Assembly: GCA_951406725.2 (NCBI GenBank)
Contig: OX597814.1
Location: 161,820,001-161,884,000, forward strand
Length of the DNA stretch: 64,000 nucleotides
Source: Octopus vulgaris
Taxonomy: Eukaryota
Direction of reading: 5' to 3'
Part shown: positions 13,227 to 27,195 of the stretch, piece by piece
Layout of the letters: each line of letters begins with the position of its first letter
Position numbering within the stretch: position 1 is the stretch's first letter
Notes under the pieces: model-generated
What the model was told of the DNA's origin: nothing
The model's input: the letters and a program-made list of their open reading frames with translations, nothing else
Databases searched by the model: none
Position numbers and translations under genes: made by a program

Positions 13227-14687
13227 AGAAATGATACTTGAGGATAAAACCAGTACAATAGCAGGGTATATAATACATTACCTTAATTAGCCCTTACTTG
13301 AGTTCAAATTATAATTAGAAAGGAACTACATGTGTTTCTGTATTGGAAGATCAGAATATATGTAATCATCAGATTTATAATTCTAACAACACATCTTCAA
13401 GTTCATTATTTCAGAATATTGTTCAGTTTGTTTAAAGCAACATGAAAATTAAGCGTTAAATTAAAAATTAAATATAAACTTTACAAAATTAAGAATTATA
13501 AATTATAAATATAAATTATCATACATATATCCAACTTAGAATGTCAAATATAAAATTAGAAATCAGAATGAAGAGGCCTGTGATTAAATGTAAAAAATAA
13601 AGATACATATCCACTTGTGATAGGTCAAGATGTCATTCAAAATGGCGATTAAAGGAAGTGAATATACCAGAACAGTATGGTGATTTATAGGTGATTAGTT
13701 CTAAGGGGGAAAATTCCACTATGCAGAGTTTAAATTAAATTATCTGCTTGTATTATCATGTTCTATCCAACTATGATGAGGGATATATATTTGTTATAAT
13801 GTAATATTTCATAATATTTAATCGATTTATTTATTTAATTATTTATATAATATATTCAACTACTGTAGAAATCAAAAGTACATGGGGATGTGACTGAAAG
13901 TGGGTGGGCGGTTCAGTATTTCATTTTATTGACAGTAAAATTTTTTGGTGTCTACATTTAACTCCTTTCTTCTTATGTGTTTAATAATTCGTCTCTAGAC
14001 TGTAACAGTTCCATAAATTCTCTTATACAAAATAAGCACATTTTATTCCCAATCATATAAGATTGGGCTCTCCCTATTATACTCCAACTAAGGGTGTACT
14101 CTCTTTTTCTAGATTTCAATTCCCATATATATTTACTTAACCCTGTGGATTTACTTAATTTGGGATTTTTGAAAGTCTGGTAGTGTTGGGAGATTCTTTT
14201 TTTAGTTTCATTTGCTGTAGATCCTATATATACTTTATCTATATTCTTATTATTATTGTTCTTAGAAATGACTATACATTTATAAATTACATTGTCAGTA
14301 TTACAATTATTTGAGAGCTTACATTTAGTCTTATCACAACATGAACATTTATCTATATGTGAATTATGACTTCCATCATTAGCGGTTATAATATAGCTAG
14401 AGCTATTATTTATTGTGCTGTTATAATAATTATTTAATTTCTTATTATTTTTAATTTAACACTTAATTTTTATGGTGATTTAAACTAGCTGAAAAATATT
14501 CTGAAATAATGGACCTGAAGATGTGTTGGTGGAATTATAAATCTGATGATTACATGTATTCTGATCTTCCAATACAGAAACACATGTAGTTCCTTTCTAA
14601 TTATAATTTGAATTCAAGTAAGGGTTAATTAAGGTAATAATTATATACCCTGCTATTGTACTAGTTTTATTCTGAAGTATTATTTCT
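13227..14687 (-). mobile_element. Penelope-like element relic: GIY-YIG C-terminus between inverted ~210-bp pseudo-LTR segments
   Basis: Minus strand at about 13945-14160 reads STGLSKYIWELK...WSII...CLFCIRE...LLN...CRHQK; 13227-13436 and 14479-14687 are inverted copies. Confidence 0.8.
14511..14593 (+). ncRNA. Type I hammerhead ribozyme motif in a PLE pseudo-LTR
   Basis: ggac-CTGAAGA-tgtgttgg...ccaataca-GAAA-cacatg-TA-gttc: stems I, II and III with a GUA triplet; a mutated inverted copy lies at about 13322-13405. Confidence 0.65.
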
Positions 14688-15194
14688 ATCATAAATACTC
14701 ATTATGTTCTTTTTGCATTATCTGAAATGGAATACCAACAAATCTATTAATTGAAATCCCAATAACTGAACTATATATATGTATGTATATAAATACATAT
14801 GTGTGTGTGTATACATACATATATATATATATAAATATATATATATATACACACACACACACATATATATGTATATATATACACACACACATCACACATA
14901 CATATATCACACACACATATTTATTTATATATTGTAACTGTAAGTCATACTATTTATTTCCTGTAACTTAATAGTACACATTATCTAAATTATCTATCAT
15001 AGTAAAGGTTACTTCAGGCTGAATGAAAATGCAATAGGGCAGATAAGGCCCATGAGACATAAATTCTGCAACCCTTCAATAAAGTGTATCAGCTTCTTTA
15101 AAAGGTGAACTTGAAGAGAGAAAAGAAGGAAAAGTACTAATAGTAATTAATAAAAGAATATTTCTCCAAATAGAAAACAAAATTATTGTTTTAC

Positions 15195-15269
15195 CTTAGT
15201 TACAGTGTTGGAATTACTTTCAATTTGCTTTGGAATGACTGTATCCAATAACCCATCACAAGGGATACC
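15195..15269 (-). CDS. Candidate host exon, unidentified (GIPCDGLLDTVIPKQIESNSNTVTK)
   Basis: Pyrimidine tract plus AG acceptor, GTAAAA donor, 75 nt open in phase 0; no homology recognised. Confidence 0.3.
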
Positions 15270-16679
15270 CTTAGTATAGCAAAAGAAAAACAGATAGATT
15301 CATAATGACAGTAACAACAAGCAAAACTTCTAAAATTATAGTAATAATTGATGCTGTCATTTGCCTTGGTATAAAGATAACTTTTATGGGATTTAGCTTA
15401 TATCCTATTGAATTTGCTTCAGCTTATTTCTATTGCTTGCTTTATTGATACTAGAAGAATGAAAAGAAAAAGAGGTAGCTGAAACTAATTACTCCCCATC
15501 TATGTTATTATATTTATACAGCAGTTATCACATTATGGATTGCAATCAGAGCTCAACAACAGTCATTGCTGAACTTCCAAAGTAATTAAATAACTAGTAA
15601 AAAGTATTACACTAGAAAGTGTATAATATTGATAATATTCACAGAATTCACAATTAAATTATCTTAATTAACAACATGTAGATGTAAAGAGGTTTTGGTT
15701 ACAGACTAAATAGTAGACATATAAGTGAAAAGAATTCAACAAAAGAGATAAAAGCCAAATGAATTGCTAGGTATCAAGACAGAGTGACGCTGGTAATCTA
15801 TGGTAAAGTTTCAGTAATTATATAACAGATATCTGTATTTTGATACAAGTGACAATTATCACAAATGTCTTTTTCATTTCTGTAGAAACAAGACTTAACA
15901 TCATCAGTCATTACTTAAATGTACCTCTCATGATGGGATACACATCAATATACTTTTGATCTTCTGCTCATTGCTTACTTTGTATTCAATTCTCCTCTTC
16001 ATAGACAGCAAATGTTCTCCAAATCTTCCTTCCATTTTCCCACTCTCTATATTCTCTTGTACTTACAACCAGTAGTTAACAGGACTTCTTGAACTGAACT
16101 GACTGGAGATATATACTATCTTTAGTCATTAAAATCCAACAAGACTACTCAGTCATACATTGATACAATGAGTTTCCAAATTGGTTTCTATCCTCACTGG
16201 ACCCTTCCATTACTTCCTTTCTCTATGGATACATACCCAAGATATTGAACCATGCATTTATTCAAGCAAGTTATCACCTAATAAGCATGTCTATGATCCA
16301 ATCAGATGCTGCTCAGGACTTCTTGTCCACCTCAGTTATCACTGATATGAATTTTGCTAAGCCAGATGCATTGGAAATCTAATCTCCTATGTCACAATAT
16401 CTTTGATCTTTTTGCCTTTAAGAACTTTGACAGAAACTAAACTGTTGCTCTTGGAGTATCATAGGGGCTTGACCAACTTTTTAGTTTGCTTTCTTCCTGT
16501 ATTAAAAACATCATAAACAATATAAAATTCTATTTATCAGCATTTCTCGCTAGACATTCATGCTCTCCAATACATCTTGCAATAGAGACTTGACATTAAT
16601 CTCATTCATACAAATAAATGCTGCAGGAATTCAGACCAAAACCACTGGACAAGTTAACATAAATCAGCTGGACAATTCT

Positions 16680-18150
16680 TTCAACTTTCATCTAATATTC
16701 ATGGAACCCAGTACCATCTGGACCTCCTCCATCATCTCTTACTTTCCCTGAGACACAAATCCCTCATCTATAGTTCATTGCTCTATAAGCAACACTTTAT
16801 ACTCAAACTTCCTTTCAAAAAGTGATGTCTAAGGCATATTTAGATTCCATTCACCCACTACTCAATTTTCTCATTGAATATCAGCAACAATGATTTCCAA
16901 ATACCATAATTCTAAGTCTCCTTCCTTTGCTCCTCAAAATACATCTACTGCCTCCACTACTTTCTGATCTCCTTAAACCACCAACAACTCTTCTTTTACT
17001 CATCTTTTGTATCAGAGACATACATCTCCCTTCAGTCTGCTCTCTGAGATCATAATCCTCAGTAACTTCAATGATCACCATTCTACTTGACTCTCACAAC
17101 AGCTAAATCTTTTGCCAAACTGAACGTCTGCAACAATTAATATCATACTCTACATGCATTCCTGACTGACACACAGAGACTCAAGATGTACTTGATCTCT
17201 TTCTTATCTCCCCATTCAACCTCTCCCTGATTATTGCCATCTCTGTAATTATCAGATCATTCCACTATTACCTAATCACAGCCACCCACCACATCTCCAT
17301 ACACTACACATACATCCCTGATCTCCCAAACCTTATGGTAATTCAAGAAACCAACTGGTTAAACCTCTTCCACTTTTATGTATATTTGCCAGAAAATGTG
17401 CCACTCTTGGTCCTTCTGAGACAAATAAAAGGATGATAGCACTCTTTGTTCTTCCCTAACAGCCTACATGCAGGTGTAGTTCACCCACAACCTAGACACC
17501 TAATACCAAACCTGTGCTTCCTGCATGAACAGAAACCTCCAGTAGAGACATGATATTCTTATTTCTTTCTACAGCATAGACACAAGCATCTTCTCTGGTT
17601 ATGTGAGTGCTGTCATAGATGATAGTGTAGATTATTACAAATGCTATACCTCATAATCACTAATGAACTTATTTTATGATCTTTCATCCATTGAAAACTG
17701 TATCCTAAAGACTAGCCTTCACCTTCAGGGTCATAAAATGCTCCTATTCCAAACAGTAACTGACTCTCCATAAAGCCCAAGTGAAACCCCACATCTCAGG
17801 TAGTGCTGCTATTATGCACACAAACAACCTTGACCACATCAAGAAAAAATTCAACTGAAAAGCAAAAGATTCACTTATCATGACATTATAATTTCTAGTC
17901 TACACAAGCACTGATTGTTTACTATACCTCTTCTGCTATTGCAACTATGATCTTTGCTTATCAGAGCTCACTAATTGTATACAATCTCCACTATATCCTC
18001 CTTAGTTCACTTCTCATTGTCTATTGTCTCTGCACTAACCACTTCTTCCTCCAAATATTAACCCCTTAGAATTTTCTTCCTGACCACAGGCATTAATCTA
18101 TAGCTGTTTAAGTTGTATATCAACTGTATCTAACTAGTTTGGAGAATCTT
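16680..18150 (+). mobile_element. Highly decayed LINE (APE endonuclease to RT region)
   Basis: IIILSNFNDHH (cf. ILGDFN.H) and QQLI...TCIPD...LDLFL at about 17045-17210. Confidence 0.5.
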
Positions 18151-19564
18151 CAAACTCTTATGCATAATCATTTCCTCTAAGTTGAAACTGTGAGGTAAAA
18201 AATAAACTATAATTCTGAATTGCTGAACTCTTCACCAAATAGACTTAAAAATCTATAACAATCCCTCACGAAGACTCTGTATTCTCCATCCAGAATACAG
18301 AAAACTGCATCACAAAAATAAGATTTCCCTATTAAGATCAGAAAACCCTCAAATCTTGAATAGCTACTTAAAATGCATAAATACAGCTTACACTTACTGA
18401 TCACTTGTCTATGATAGCACGCTCATACATTCATTCGTGACTGTATCATATTTACAATATTCCAGAAATACTAGTTTACTCTGTGGTTGTGACCTCTCTT
18501 TCTGCTTCTTCTACAACTATAATGGACTCTGATCCTTTGAATTTGATAATATTATATAACATCCACCTATCACATTTCTAAAAATGCACCTTAATTTCCA
18601 GATCACTCATTAGACATTTTGTCCAATGTTTTGTCCACTACTTTGGATTTGTATGATCTGAATTTCCATCTTCAACTATTCAGTGATGGTGCCAACATGG
18701 GAGCCTCTACACAGTTGATTAAATATGTAGAAATAATAGCAACCAAATCTCCCTCAAATAACATCTGTCCTTGATATGTAACAAGATACTTGGATCCAGA
18801 ATGCCTTTAACCATAGGTCTCCTTGTTCAAGAATGACCCGGGGGCTAAACAACAACAGCAAAAACAAATAAATTACGACAGAATTTGACTTTAATTACAC
18901 CAATCTCCAGTTCAAGAGTGTCTTCTAAAAAGCTAATAGGAACACATCCTTGTTTACAAACTGAGAAATACTAATAATGCATTTTTACTCAGATCTGAGA
19001 AGAATCCTGATATTTAATAAAAGAGTTTCAACTGTGTTTGATCAGAGAATTTTGAAACAATTGACAGCAGTTTTCAATATTTAACAATCTTCCATTCTTT
19101 ATGAAATTCAACACAAGACTTCATTTGTTTGTGTGTGCACAAGCATGCATGTATGCGTGTATGCATGTATGAATATGTGCATGTGTGTGTGTGTGTGTGT
19201 TTTAACCTAGAAACATAACACTCTCAATACTTACATAGGATATGTTTTATTAGATTTCATCTAATGTATCATTTCTGAAAATTGATCTGGTTAAAATTAC
19301 AAAAAAGTTACAACTTAATTTTTGCAAATATATTGCCATGTAATTCTTTTTCTCCCAATGCTAATATATTATTATTTGTATGTTGTTATTACATGCATAT
19401 TTTATTAATTTTTGTAACTTATTGTAACATTGTAAATACAATGTCCTGAAGCAATAAAAATCCATTTAAGTGCTTCAAATTAGAAACTCACAACACTTTG
19501 CATATAGAAAGGAGGAGATAAATGTTTTAGAACTATTATGAAATATATTGATTTATCAAAATAC

Positions 19565-19609
19565 TTCCTCTACATGACTTGCCAAAGGAAATAATGTCTG
19601 TAACAACAG
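19565..19609 (-). CDS. Candidate short host exon (LLLQTLFPLASHVEE)
   Basis: ttatatag acceptor, GTATTT donor, 45 nt open; no homology recognised. Confidence 0.2.
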
Positions 19610-20250
19610 CTATATAAATGCGAATTAAAGAAATTAAAGTATAAGGTACTTTAATGATTTCAATTGTTATAATTACATGAAGTAAGTACATATTACATCT
19701 TCTTTTTTTTTTACTCTTGATTATTTTAACCGTTATTTTTTTTAACATTTAAAAACTGAAATCATTTATAAAAATATTAATACCGGTAATTTGGCTACAT
19801 TATCTCCAAGGCTAAAATGCTTGAATAATCACCAGTTAGTTTCTATGTGTCCATAAGCATGTGAGGATGGGGGGAGGTGGGGGTTAACTAATAAATACAT
19901 CAGTTACCAAGACATATGTGATTGGGATTTGCATACACTTAGAGCAATTGTTTTTACAGTCAAATACCGTTTCTACTATTGCTTATCATTCAATTATGAG
20001 ATAATGTTTGTCAGTGAAGCAAACAAGCAATTCAAGTTTTATACCTTATTTAGGAGCACAATACAATTACTAAAGTAATGTTTTAATTTATGACCATGTG
20101 TTCTGTAGTCCACCAGCCTAACTTTGCAGCTATGATAGTACTCAAACTATTTCCATTAACCAGAAGCAAAAAAATAACCTTGAATTGTACATTATGAAGA
20201 GGTTCTTCTAGATATGAAGACAGTATATTACAGAAAATTTTTTTTTATTT

Positions 20251-20790
20251 TGCGCCCTTTTCAAGCCTAGCCAGGCTCATGGGCCCGGTTTCCCGGCTCC
20301 TGTGGCGTATGTGTTACCCCCAGCTGGACGGGACACCAGGCCATCGCAGCATTACTCAAGAAACAGGAAGAAATAATGAGAGAAAGTTGGAGCAAAAGAG
20401 TACAACAGGGGTCGCCACCACCCCCTTTATTCGCTCAATAAACACATACAACGCCCAGTCTGGGAATTGAAACCGCGATCCTCCGACCGCGAGTCCGCTG
20501 CCCTAACCACTGGGCCATTGCACCTCCATAAAATAAATGCACCCTTTTAAAGCCTAGCCAGGCTCATGGGTCTGGTTTCCCAGTTTCAATGGTGTATGTG
20601 TCCTCCCACTGGATGGGATGCCAGTCCATCGCAGTGTTACTCATTTTTGCCAGCTGAGTGGACTGAAGCAATGTGAAATGAAGTGTTTTGCTCAAGAACA
20701 CAACGTGTCGCCCGGTCCAGGAATCGAAACCACAATCTTACAATCATGATGCTGACACTCTAACCACTAAGTCACGTGCCTCCACATATT
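20251..20790 (-). mobile_element. Two tandem tRNA-derived SINEs sharing a 3' tail
   Basis: Minus-strand heads with A box (tggcccagtgg / tgacttagtgg) and B box (gtttcaattcc / gtttcgattcc); shared tail aagcctagccaggctcatggg. Confidence 0.8.
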
Positions 20791-20799
20791 GCAGACAAT

Positions 20800-21262
20800 A
20801 TTGATTTCAAATTTTTGCACAAGGTTAGTAATATCAGGAGAGAAGTAAGTTGATTACACCAACCCCAGTGCTCAACTGGAACTTGTTTTATTAACTCTGA
20901 AAGGATAACAGGCAAAGCTGGCCTTGGCAGAATTTGAACTCAAAACCTGAAGATGGATGAAATGCCACAAAGCATTTCACCCAGCATGCTAATGACTTTT
21001 CTAGTTTGCCATCTTACACTGCAGATAATATTACTAGAACATAAGGTAGCAAGCTGGCAGAATTGTTAGCATGCCAAGCAAAATTCTTAGTGGTATTTTG
21101 TCTGTCTGTATGTTCTGAGTTCAAATTCCACTAAGGTTAACTTTCCTTTCATCCCCTTTTGGGTTCAATAAAATAAGTACCAGTTGAGAAATGGGGTCAA
21201 TGTAAATGACTTAGCCTCTTCTCCAAACTGCTGGCCTTGTGCCAAAATTTGAAACCAATATT
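20800..21262. mobile_element. Head-to-head pair of Nin-type tRNA SINEs
   Basis: Minus copy about 20800-21020 and plus copy about 21040-21262. Confidence 0.75.
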
Positions 21263-24200
21263 ACCAGAACATTTATGAGAACTGAGAATGATGAAACTTG
21301 GTAATTCTGCAAACCTACAATCATTTGAGAAGCATCTCAGAAGAGATGTGGCTTCTGCAGCTGTAGTGAAAGCAACTCATGCAGGAACCTTAGTCACATC
21401 AAGATAAAAAGCAATCAACAGAGGCATTTAGGAGTCCAATAAGACAACTTTTCTATTGCTGATACTACAAAACAATTTTTTGGTATCCAAGTTTTACACC
21501 ACCATCTTAGGTATAATCAGAGGATACATTCAAGGATAAAAGAGTATTATGACATGCAGCTTTGAGAACAATCTCACCAGTCTGGGAAGAGCTGCAAAGA
21601 TCATGCACACTTCCTCTCTTCTCCTGACTCTGATTTTTAAAAAAATTAAATGCTCTACTCAGATATATAATGAAATAACTGCAATGAGAGCTAACTTATA
21701 ACATTTGAGCAGGTAGTCTATAGCCGGTTTGCTTTTGTATGATTTCTATTAAAACAAATGGGGACTTTGAGAGAACGTGAACTTGTTACAAAGGATCAAA
21801 GCAAAGCTTGAACAAGATTAAAATCTGATAAGTCTCAGTAGTTGTAGATTCCCTATAAATGTTAAATAGGTGGAAATAAGCCACAAAATAAATTAACTGC
21901 ATGAACCATTAGAATTAATGAAGTATTAATGAATATTATATAGTCCTCATGCACAATCAACAAAATTCAATTTCTGAATATTCATTCTTGATCACAATTA
22001 TATATATTCTTGAATATAAAACAGAGTGGTCAATGAGGATCTGATCAAAGACATAATTCTTAATGTAAAATTGAAAAGAGAAACTTTGGCTCGAAACTAA
22101 ATGATAATATAATGATAAGTAAGGTTAAATTTAAAGGTCTATAGACCATGTCATTCAAAGTAGAATAATAACAGAAAGGAATGTTAATTCCACCCTTAGT
22201 GTATTAAATGGAGATGTCTGCCAATACATGCACCTATCTTATTTCATAACTATGCTGTTAAAATAGAAATTATATTCAATAATATTTTGGGAAAGGTAAC
22301 AGTATTGCACATATCATGAATAGCAATCAAAGAACACTGATATAGTTTGCAGGAGTGGTATAGTTCTTGATACACCTACCTTCAAAAACATTTTGCATAA
22401 TCAATCTTCCCTAACAATGCATCTGCAAAATATCATTCCTTCCTGCTCATATTTTCCATCTAGTAATTATAGCATTTAACATCATTATAAATTAATATTA
22501 AACACACTAGCATCACTCAATTATTGTAGTCTCCTATGGTAAGAGATCCAAAGATTGTGATACAAATTAAGGATGGAACGCCAAAATATTATAAACTGCG
22601 TATATACATGCCAACATGGGAACCTCTATGTGCACATTCAACTTGACAGAAATAGCAGACAAATTTACTTCATTTTTCACCAGCTTAATAAATAGAAAGA
22701 TTTAGTCCTTGATATCAAAACATCAGAGTATGATGAAACTATTAGTGGCCAACATCAGCAAATAGAAATACAAAATGTTTAATAAAATAGATATATGTGG
22801 CAGGAGGAAGAAGACAAGTCTAACATTTTGGGCTGAACTCTTCATCAGAGAGAGAAGAGTTGTTTAATACCTAGATACACCGAGTCCAAATTTAAGACAG
22901 GATGGACAATTATAGCTTGAATGCCTTTGATTATGGATGTGCACAACCAGAGATGACAAGGGCCAAAACAAAAACAGAATAACAGTATGTACTGGATACA
23001 TACATGAAACAAAAAGTTAATATGGCTTTGAACCATTTAAACACACGAACACAGGGTTTACTTTAGTTAAGAGTTTAAATTCTTGTAAGGATATATGCCA
23101 GAACTAAGTTGATCATCGTAGAAGAATGAATATAAAGGAAGATAACAGGCTTCAAGACAGGGAGGCAGAAGATTATCATGATGCTTATAATGTTGTTGAA
23201 GGCTGACCATCATTTTTAACTAATATAATTGTTTGTTATTTCTACCAGGTTAAGTAACTACAGAGAAGTTTCCACAATGATTTGTAATAATACAACTTAT
23301 CATTTCGGGAGACTTCCTCTATTTTGTTTTTATTAGTCTTAGATAAGACAATGCCTATCCCTATCTTGAGCCCTCTTAATCTATAGATTAGGATAAATAG
23401 GTGATGTTTGTGTGGTTAATGTATATTAATAATAATGTTGAAAGCTGACCATCAAATTTAACTAATGTAATATAATTATGTGTTTAAAAAAGATATGAAG
23501 CTTGCTGACCTTTCAAAATTTTCAAATGGATTTGTAAAATGTACATATGATTATTAGTAACCTTTAAAAAGGTACTTATTGTACAAAATACATTAGTTTT
23601 GATGGGGGACATTAAATATGACTGTCTCTTGAGGCCTATGCTGGCATTTCCCAAACAAACACTTGTTTTATCAGTTGGGTTTTACTTTACAATTCAAAAA
23701 GTCATCATGTATTAGACTAATGGAAAAACTAATCAATACCTTTTATTTATCAATGCAACATTTATTGCTAATGGTAGTCATTGTCAATAAAAACCAGAAC
23801 ATGTTTGCATTTGGATTTAATGAGGAATTCATAATCAACAAAGAAACTGAGAGATACAAGTATTTTATCAATAAAACAAGTTTCAATGTTTGGATTATAA
23901 CATACAAACTACATTGTAGTGAATTCTTTTCTCCTAATAACTTTATTTCCAATAGAAAAAAACAATACAAAAACATAACTTCTCAGAATTATCTGATTCA
24001 CCTCCTCTCCTAGCCTGTGCCATTATATAATTATCATTTACTGCTTTCAACATCAAAAATAAACATATGAATTACAGCTGGCGGTTTGCAACATATGATT
24101 ATTACCATTGTAATTATATATACAGCACTGTAAAGTAGAGTAGGGCCTCACTAAACAATGCGATCAATCCCAAAGTAATGACAATAATGGCAATCTTTAA

Positions 24201-25649
24201 AGACATTTAAATTTTTGGTTTCCAATATCCAATTCCAATCTGGTTTTTAGGCAAGAAAGTGATCTAGTCAAAAATTTATGACTTTCTTTTTTTAGAATTG
24301 TGCTATTTGAAGCCCTAGAATGGATTTTAATGCCCCTGAGGCATTGCAGTAGAAAAATAAATGTAAATGTAAATTGAATTCTAATTCTAGAGCAGCAATA
24401 ATTTGAAGTACTAGTAACAGGCTATAGACTTACAAAAATAGAGGTTACTGCAGTTTCACCTTCAAATGAAACCTTACTTCAGTTTGTCCATCATCTTGTG
24501 AAAAGTCAATAAATGGTATTATTGCAATACTGAGAGAGAAACAAACTGCTGACTATCAGTTTATCTTGTTGAAGTAAACAGAGACAAAACATATAAGTGA
24601 AACCTGTTACAGAGTATGGACAGTAGACAAAATAGTGATTGTTGCTTTGGGAGCATACTAGAACATTACAGGAAGCTAGGAATCCTGAAAATGCTTTTTC
24701 TTTTTTTTAAAGATTTTTTAAGTTACCTGAGCTACATAAACTTGGAAATGTCATTGTAGAAAATGCATTCAAATCATATACTACAGTGGATCAGCACAGA
24801 TACTAAATTTACAATTCAACTAATTCTCTAGAAGACTTTTTGGCTAAAAGAAGTTTTGTGAAGTGAAAATTTAATGACAGACAAGCTGCTGGCAACTAAT
24901 GATTTCAGATAGAGGTTAAGGTAATTTTTCATTGATTTTTCTTCCAGGAAAATTTAGCTAGCCATCACAACAAATTATATCTTTTCCCAGTGGAAAATAA
25001 AACAGTGTTATTTTATATTTCTTTCCTTTTACAATCTTTACCCAAATCATAATGATGGTGGTAGTAGCTCATTTGCCATAGTTTCACACCTTTCTGTCCT
25101 CAGGCTTACCATTACCCAGGTGAGAATTAATGGCAGTTCTAATCAAAAACTCCAAGTTTCATTTTTACAACATGTATAAGCCACTGGTAAAGTATTGCTG
25201 CTAAGAGTGCAAGTGTGTAGAGGAACCACCATATATGTCATCCATACGAAGTTGAAGAGGAAGAGGCTGGTATTGGATGTTATGACAGTGGTGGATGTGG
25301 TGGGTAAGTGGTGATGACATCTAACTATCCAATGGAAAAATTTGCATTAAAAAATGCATACATAAAAACATAACTATCAATCATGAAAAACCTCATGTCG
25401 AATGTTAACCTTAAAATCAATGGTTTAAAGCTGGAAGTTTTTAAATTGATAGTTTAAAACTGCTACATTTTAATCCTAGATATGTAATCAATAAATAAGT
25501 ATGAAGGATTCTGATTTTATTGATGCATCAAACTAACATAGTGAAAATGCAATAATAATAAAATATTCTCTAAAGGAAAAATATCAGTTCTGAGTAAAGC
25601 ATTCAAAATATCAGAATATGCAAAATAGAAAGAACATGTATGATAATAA

Positions 25650-27195
25650 TAGTCTTTCTACTAAAGGAACAAGGCCTGAAATTTGTGGAGAGGGGACTAG
25701 TCGGTTACATCAACCCCAGTGCTCAACTGGTACTTTTTTTATTGACCCTGAAAGAATGAAAGGCAAAGTTGACCTTGACAGATTTGAACTCAGAAAGTAA
25801 CGACGGACGAAATGCCACTAAGCATTTTGTCCAGCAGAGTAACAATTCTGAAGGCTCACTGTTATTATTATTATTATTAATAATAATAATAATAAGGTGG
25901 TGAGCTGGCAGAATCGTTAGTACACCAGGCAAAATGGTTAGCAACATTTCATCTGTCTTTATGTTCTGAGTTCAAATTTACCTTTCATCCTTTCAAGGTT
26001 CTATAAAATAAGTACCAGTTGAGCATTAGTGTCAACAAAATCAACTTACCCACTCCCCCAAAACTATTGAGTCTTATGCCAAAAAAAAAAATTTGAAACA
26101 ATTATTATTATCATTAAGGTGGTGAACAGGCAGTATCATTAGTGTCAGGCAAGATGGTTTGCAGCATTTCTTCTGAAGCTTTACTTTCCCTGCCCAAATC
26201 CCCAACAAGACCACCTTTGCTTTTTATTCTTTATGGGTCAATAAAAGTACTGGGAGTCAATATAACTGACTTGCCACCTCCTATCAAAATTGCTGGCCTA
26301 GTGCCAAAATTTGAAACTATAAATCAAAAACTACTACTACTACTACTACTACTACAACAACAAAGATGACAAATTGGCAGAATGGTTAGCATGCTGGACA
26401 AAATGCTTAGCATTTATGTTCTGAGTCCAAATTCCACCAAAGCTGACTTGCTTTTATCCTTTTGGGGTTGATAATATAAGTAGCAGTTGCACACAGGGAT
26501 CGATATTACTTCCCCTGAAATAGTTGGCCTTGCACCAAAATTTGAAACCATTATTATTATTATTATCATTATTATTTTTGTTTTACTTCTCAGAGTACTC
26601 AGTCTTGTTTGCTCTGGCAGATTCTGTGAGAGTGGAAAGCAGCCTGCTGTCAGAGGTCCTCACAGGGTCACTTTCTACACATTATAGGCTTTGATATTTG
26701 ATTGTTAATAATCATGGGTGACATTCAACATCCAAATACCAATATCAAAATCCTAGCTGTCCCCAGCAGAGCAGTTTTTTGGGCTTGTTCTGCTCTCATA
26801 TTGATTTCAATTTCTCTGACATATTTCTCGAACTTGGTTGTTAGTGTTTCTAGTGCTCCTACAATTACTGGAATGACAGACACTCTCCTCATAATTCACA
26901 TACTTGCAATTTCATGTTTTTTTAGTAGTCTGCCTTTTTCAGTTATTATTATTAGTATTATTATTATTACATAAGGCAGCAAGCTGGCAGAATCATTAGC
27001 ATGCCAGACAAAATGCCTAGCAGTATTTCCTCTGTCCTTACATTTTGAGTTCAAATTCCTCTGAGGTCGACTTTGCCTTTCATCCTTTCGGGGTTGATAA
27101 ATTTAGTACCAATTGCATACTGGAGTCGATCTAATCAACTGGTCCCCTCCTACCAAATTTCAGGCCTTGTGCCTATAGTAGAAAGGATTATTATC
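25650..27195. mobile_element. Cluster of five Nin-type SINEs in (TAT)n tracts, plus a small LINE fragment
   Basis: Copies at about 25650-25860 (-), 25893-26100, 26116-26320, 26365-26550 and 26972-27190 (+). Confidence 0.75.

Noticed and set aside
20455-20530. tRNA-like sequence on the minus strand
   Set aside because: It is the head of a SINE: no proper acceptor stem, and it continues into a shared SINE body and tail
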